The position numbers and the translations under genes were made by a program. The notes beneath the pieces were generated by a model. It had not been told where the DNA came from, ran no database searches, and worked only from the letters and a program-made list of their open reading frames with translations. This document shows, piece by piece, positions 36,030 through 39,432 of a stretch of DNA of 39,432 nt. How positions within the stretch are numbered: the first letter of the stretch is position 1; each line of letters opens with the position of its first letter. The DNA lies in the IMG/VR virus record IMGVR_UViG_3300043765_000024, positions 1-39,432 of that record. The stretch is one strand, 5' to 3'. The stretch comes from a virus. Its lineage: Duplodnaviria; Caudoviricetes.

Positions 36030-36600
36030 CGCGAAATCGATGGCGGAATTACAACCGGGCAGCCGCGGTGACCCGCAGTCTCCTGCGGTGCGGACGCGTC
36101 GCTGGACCTGCGTGCAGACCCATCCCCAGGCTGAACGCTGGTGCAGCTCGCAGCTCAGTCACCGCGGCTATGTCACGTTCCTGCCGATGATGGCCGTGCT
36201 CAGACGCGACCGGCACACGCCAACCATCGCGCATTCAGTGCTGGTGCCGCTGTTCCCGTGCTACCTGTTCGTCCAGTTCAGCCAAGGTGACCCATGGACA
36301 CCGATCCGATACGCAGATGGCGTGGCTAGGCTGTTCATGGCTGGTAACGGGTTACAGCAGGTCAGCGCGGGCGCTGTGGAGGGGCTACGCGCCTCGGAGG
36401 CGTTTCGGGCTACTCCCATACCAGCGGACGGCTGGAAGGCGCGTGGGGTGGCTTGCAGCCTCGGCGTGGGGCCATTCAAGGGGTTACCCGCGGTGATCAT
36501 GGAGCTGCGGGCTCAGGTAGCTCGCGTGCAGGTGATGTTCCTCGGGGAATTGCGGCAGCTCAGCTGCCATACCGACCAGCTGGTGCCGCGCCATGGCTGA
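36022..36600 (+). CDS. nusG: NusG/RfaH-family transcription antiterminator
   Basis: NGN domain W.CVQT.P..E, PLFP.YLFV, GV.RL; KOW-like GPFKG. Confidence 0.85.
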   Translation: MLDAKSMAELQPGSRGDPQSPAVRTRRWTCVQTHPQAERWCSSQLSHRGYVTFLPMMAVLRRDRHTPTIAHSVLVPLFPCYLFVQFSQGDPWTPIRYADGVARLFMAGNGLQQVSAGAVEGLRASEAFRATPIPADGWKARGVACSLGVGPFKGLPAVIMELRAQVARVQVMFLGELRQLSCHTDQLVPRHG

Positions 36601-36766
36601 GCCCGAACGGCATGTGCGCAGGTTCACCGACGACGAGCTGCAGATCCTGGTGGACATGCTGAGCTGCGAGCTCGACCGCACCGATCGGTTCTGGATCAGA
36701 CGCGAGTGGAACACGCTCAATGAGTTGCGGATGAAACTATCCGGCGCATTGGCCGAACCACGATGA
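36593..36766 (+). CDS. 57-aa hypothetical protein (not in the ORF track)
   Basis: MAEPERHVRRFTDDELQILVDMLSCEL...; overlaps both neighbours. Confidence 0.6.
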   Translation: MAEPERHVRRFTDDELQILVDMLSCELDRTDRFWIRREWNTLNELRMKLSGALAEPR

Positions 36767-37032
36767 CACCGCACGAGCTGTGCAGCCTCACCAATGCAAT
36801 CGCCAGCAAGCTGGATGAGCTCGACGACGATCCAGAGCTGCCAGTGATGCTCGCAGCAATCGGCCTGCTCGCATCGCGCATGCTCGCAACATATGCCGAT
36901 CATCCAGTCAGAGCCGCAAAGGACTGGTGCGATCACGTGATGACCGCAGTGCGCCTCACGGCGCAATCAGAGCCGTGCAAGGAGTATCGCAGACATGCCA
37001 GGGCTACTGGACAAGGCAGTAAACCGAATTAA
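36763..37032 (+). CDS. Hypothetical protein
   Basis: ATGA coupling. Confidence 0.6.
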   Translation: MTPHELCSLTNAIASKLDELDDDPELPVMLAAIGLLASRMLATYADHPVRAAKDWCDHVMTAVRLTAQSEPCKEYRRHARATGQGSKPN

Positions 37033-37186
37033 ATCGCGCGGCGTCAAAAGTAGTAGTGCGTGGCCAATGGCCGTCGCATCACTACAAAAGGCGGGTGACC
37101 TAAAGAAAGGCACAGTAAAAGCGACCGCTCAAGGCGTCGCACGCAATAAAATGACACGCGCGCAAAGACAAGCGAAGCCACCGTGA
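36995..37186 (+). CDS. Small basic protein
   Basis: SD AAGGAG; Lys/Arg-rich. Confidence 0.6.
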   Translation: MPGLLDKAVNRIKSRGVKSSSAWPMAVASLQKAGDLKKGTVKATAQGVARNKMTRAQRQAKPP

Positions 37187-37199
37187 GCAAGTTGTTGAC

Positions 37200-37574
37200 A
37201 TGACGCTTCATCTGCAGCCAGGAACTAACGGCAAACGACTGAAAACAAAGGGCAGCTGGCAACCCGGCCAGTCTGGAAACCCGTCTGGACGACGCGCCGA
37301 GGCCGACGGATCGCCAGTCGAGCTCGCTCGCCGTTACGCTGGCGACGCGATCGAAGCGCTGGTCGTTGCGCTGCGGTTCAAAGGCGAACGCGTGCCGGCT
37401 GCTCGTGAGATCCTCGACCGCGCTTACGGCAGACCGACGCAGACGATTGCCGGTGAGGTGAACGTCAACGTGCTGCATCTGCTCGCCGCCAGGCTGGTGT
37501 CCGAGGAGCTGGAACACGATCCACCAGCTCCGGTCGCCGTTCCGCCGCGGATTACCGACGTTCCAACCGAGTGA
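37200..37574 (+). CDS. terS: Terminase small subunit (DUF5681-like N-terminus)
   Basis: WQPGQSGNPSGR, ELAR.Y...AIEAL, AAREILDRAYGRP.Q. Confidence 0.8.
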   Translation: MTLHLQPGTNGKRLKTKGSWQPGQSGNPSGRRAEADGSPVELARRYAGDAIEALVVALRFKGERVPAAREILDRAYGRPTQTIAGEVNVNVLHLLAARLVSEELEHDPPAPVAVPPRITDVPTE

Positions 37575-37966
37575 CGCGCCGCTAGCTCTGTAAAGCGTTG
37601 ATATCGTTGGATTTACAGACGACGCAACGTGTCGGCCACCTGCGCAAACGGTCGTTTACGGGCGCATCCGAGGTTTGGAAAAGGCCAGCCAGGCTGTCTC
37701 ACGGCGTCTCAATAAGATGGCTGCTCCCGAGCCGGCTCGCATTGGTGCCTCCATGCGGGTGGGACCAGCCTAGGGATGGTGCCAACGGCAGCTGCCAGTC
37801 GCCGCGGCACCATCCCGCTGGCACCGGAACGATCCGGCCACGATGCCGGAACGATACGCCTCCGGGACGGTGGCCATCCCCCCCCCCTCGACGGCCCGTC
37901 GCCGGCACGGTGACCTCTGAGAATTTTTCCTACCCGCCAGGCGATCGTATATACACAGGCACATAC

Positions 37967-38239
37967 ATGACCAAAGCAGACATGCGTATCGAGGTGACAG
38001 CGATCCTGCAACAGATGCAGGCGCTGACACAAAGGTTGGCGCGTCTCCATGCTGAGCTGCACAATCGTCCGCCGCGGACGCGTGGTGACCCCTATGCGAG
38101 CTCGATGAGCCAGGAGCTGGCGCAGCAGATCATCGACTACCATCGTGCCAACCCGGCGATCCCGCAGCACATGATTGCCAAGCGCTTCAACCTCAATCAG
38201 GGTCGGATCAGTGAGACGCTGGCTGGCAAGCGTGCCTAG
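37967..38239 (+). CDS. Small protein with a C-terminal HTH
   Basis: PQHMIAKRFNLNQGRISE.L.G. Confidence 0.7.
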   Translation: MTKADMRIEVTAILQQMQALTQRLARLHAELHNRPPRTRGDPYASSMSQELAQQIIDYHRANPAIPQHMIAKRFNLNQGRISETLAGKRA

Positions 38240-38289
38240 TGACCGCCTGTCCCTCATGTGCCATGCTGGCCCCCTAGGAGGCACACGGC

Positions 38290-38559
38290 ATGTGGTTACC
38301 CAATACCATTATCGACCAGGTGGAAGAGCTGGCGCGCGTGCATTACGTCGACAAGCTGGAATGCCAGCGCTGGAACGAGCATCGGCAGCCAGGTGAGCTG
38401 CGGCTCTTAACCGGCTGGTGCTGGACGGCCAAGCGCGGCACCGAGTATCGCCAGGGCTTCAAGACCAGAACGGTAGCGATCAGGGACTGCTACTACGCGA
38501 TAGCCTTGCAGCAGCGAGCGCCGATCTCTAAGCGCTCGCGCATCCGGCTGGTGGCGTGA
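38290..38559 (+). CDS. Hypothetical protein
   Basis: SD AGGAGG. Confidence 0.7.
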   Translation: MWLPNTIIDQVEELARVHYVDKLECQRWNEHRQPGELRLLTGWCWTAKRGTEYRQGFKTRTVAIRDCYYAIALQQRAPISKRSRIRLVA

Positions 38560-39011
38560 TGCCGCCCCCCCGCGCTGCCACTCGGCAGGAGATCCAGAAA
38601 TTCGGCCACATCGCGACATTCCTACGAAAGGAGATGAAGCGTCGGGGCATGGGGAGCACAATGGAGCTGATCGAGGCGATCGGGCTCGGCAAGAAGAACG
38701 TGGCCCCATACTTATGGGTCAATGCGAAGGGAGCGCCGAGCCAGGAGAACCGCACCAAGCTGGTGGCGTATTTCCAGGTGCCCGAGGAAACCTTCATGGC
38801 GCGTGATCCCGAGGCAGCCAGTGGCAATGGCGCGGACCACAGCAGCCCAGCGCATTCCCCGGCTCCCCCCAAGACTTACCAGACGCTATCGGTCCAATTC
38901 GACGGACCCGAGGCCCGCATCAAGCTGGACATTGTGCTGCCCAACCGCAAAGCCTGGGAGCTGCTACGTCTCCTCCAAGGTGCCGGCATCACGGGCAACT
39001 CCGATGAATGA
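38556..39011 (+). CDS. XRE-like HTH protein
   Basis: FLRKEM.RRGM....EL..AIG......YLW...KG.PS.E...KL..YF.V. Confidence 0.7.
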   Translation: MMPPPRAATRQEIQKFGHIATFLRKEMKRRGMGSTMELIEAIGLGKKNVAPYLWVNAKGAPSQENRTKLVAYFQVPEETFMARDPEAASGNGADHSSPAHSPAPPKTYQTLSVQFDGPEARIKLDIVLPNRKAWELLRLLQGAGITGNSDE

Positions 39012-39159
39012 CTGGGACTACCAGCGGCTTGCTGCGATGCAGGCGCAGTCGATCAACGACGAGCTCAGAGAGCTCCGACGCCAGGTGAGGCGGCTACGCC
39101 AGCTCGTGGCCATCCTGTTCATTGCCGGCAGCATCACCTGGCTCATACAATTCCTTTGA
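39004..39159 (+). CDS. Small coiled-coil protein with a C-terminal TM helix
   Basis: ELRELRRQVRRLRQ followed by LVAILFIAGSITWLIQFL. Confidence 0.6.
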   Translation: MNDWDYQRLAAMQAQSINDELRELRRQVRRLRQLVAILFIAGSITWLIQFL

Positions 39160-39169
39160 GGGGACCATC

Positions 39170-39355
39170 ATGCGGGACGCCGAGCTCAACCTGATCCAGG
39201 CGATCATGCGTAAGTATGCCGAGATGCCGACGGAGACGCGCAGGCGCATCCACGACTATATCGGGGCACGGCTGGACACGATCCCCAGGATCGGCACCAA
39301 CAGCGTGCCCGAGGCAGTCGAGCGACCGGAGCAGAACGCATTCCTGCAGCACTGA
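39170..39355 (+). CDS. Hypothetical protein spanning the genome junction
   Basis: SD GAGGGG; its 3' part is duplicated at 1..97. Confidence 0.7.
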   Translation: MRDAELNLIQAIMRKYAEMPTETRRRIHDYIGARLDTIPRIGTNSVPEAVERPEQNAFLQH

Positions 39356-39432
39356 TGGGCGACATCTGCTCGGAACTGGAGGCGTGGCTTCCTGGTGGCA
39401 CCGGCAGGCGCGGCAGCTACGACGATCTGCGC
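39259..39432. repeat. Terminal direct repeat, right copy
   Basis: Matches 1..174 with one mismatch. Confidence 0.95.

Noticed and set aside
37598-37966. N-terminal 123 codons of the 213-aa ORF
   Set aside because: Low-complexity translation across hairpins and the C tract; the real start is more likely ATG 37967

Overview
This window looks like an essentially complete ~39.3 kb tailed-phage genome. Bases 1..174 repeat at 39259..39432 with one mismatch, giving a circular unit length of 39,258 bp. The gene set is podovirus-like: TerL, portal, scaffold, major capsid protein, adaptor, fibres, nozzle, a GNAT-like protein and five large ejection-type proteins, with no tape measure. It also has a lambdoid control module: CI/Cro with three operators, a RecT-like annealase, a gp157-like protein, a GcrA-like protein, VRR-NUC, an O-like initiator with palindromic iterons, a NusG-like antiterminator and TerS. 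GcrA, high GC and apparent GANTC avoidance point to an alphaproteobacterial host. I could not recognise an integrase or an endolysin. The most unusual parts are: (1) an accessory island at ~27.8-30 kb with a stand-alone TGT/DpdA-fold gene in an apparent operon with a SprT protease, a candidate tRNA-like ncRNA, and an RHH gene followed by a two-TM micro-protein; (2) a 733-aa protein between terminase and portal with an HhH-GPD-like core and an N-terminal DD(T)TQxP motif shared with two ejection proteins; (3) a structured ~200-nt capsid-gene leader with a duplicated 14-nt motif. All protein calls come from motif recognition and synteny by eye, not from database searches.
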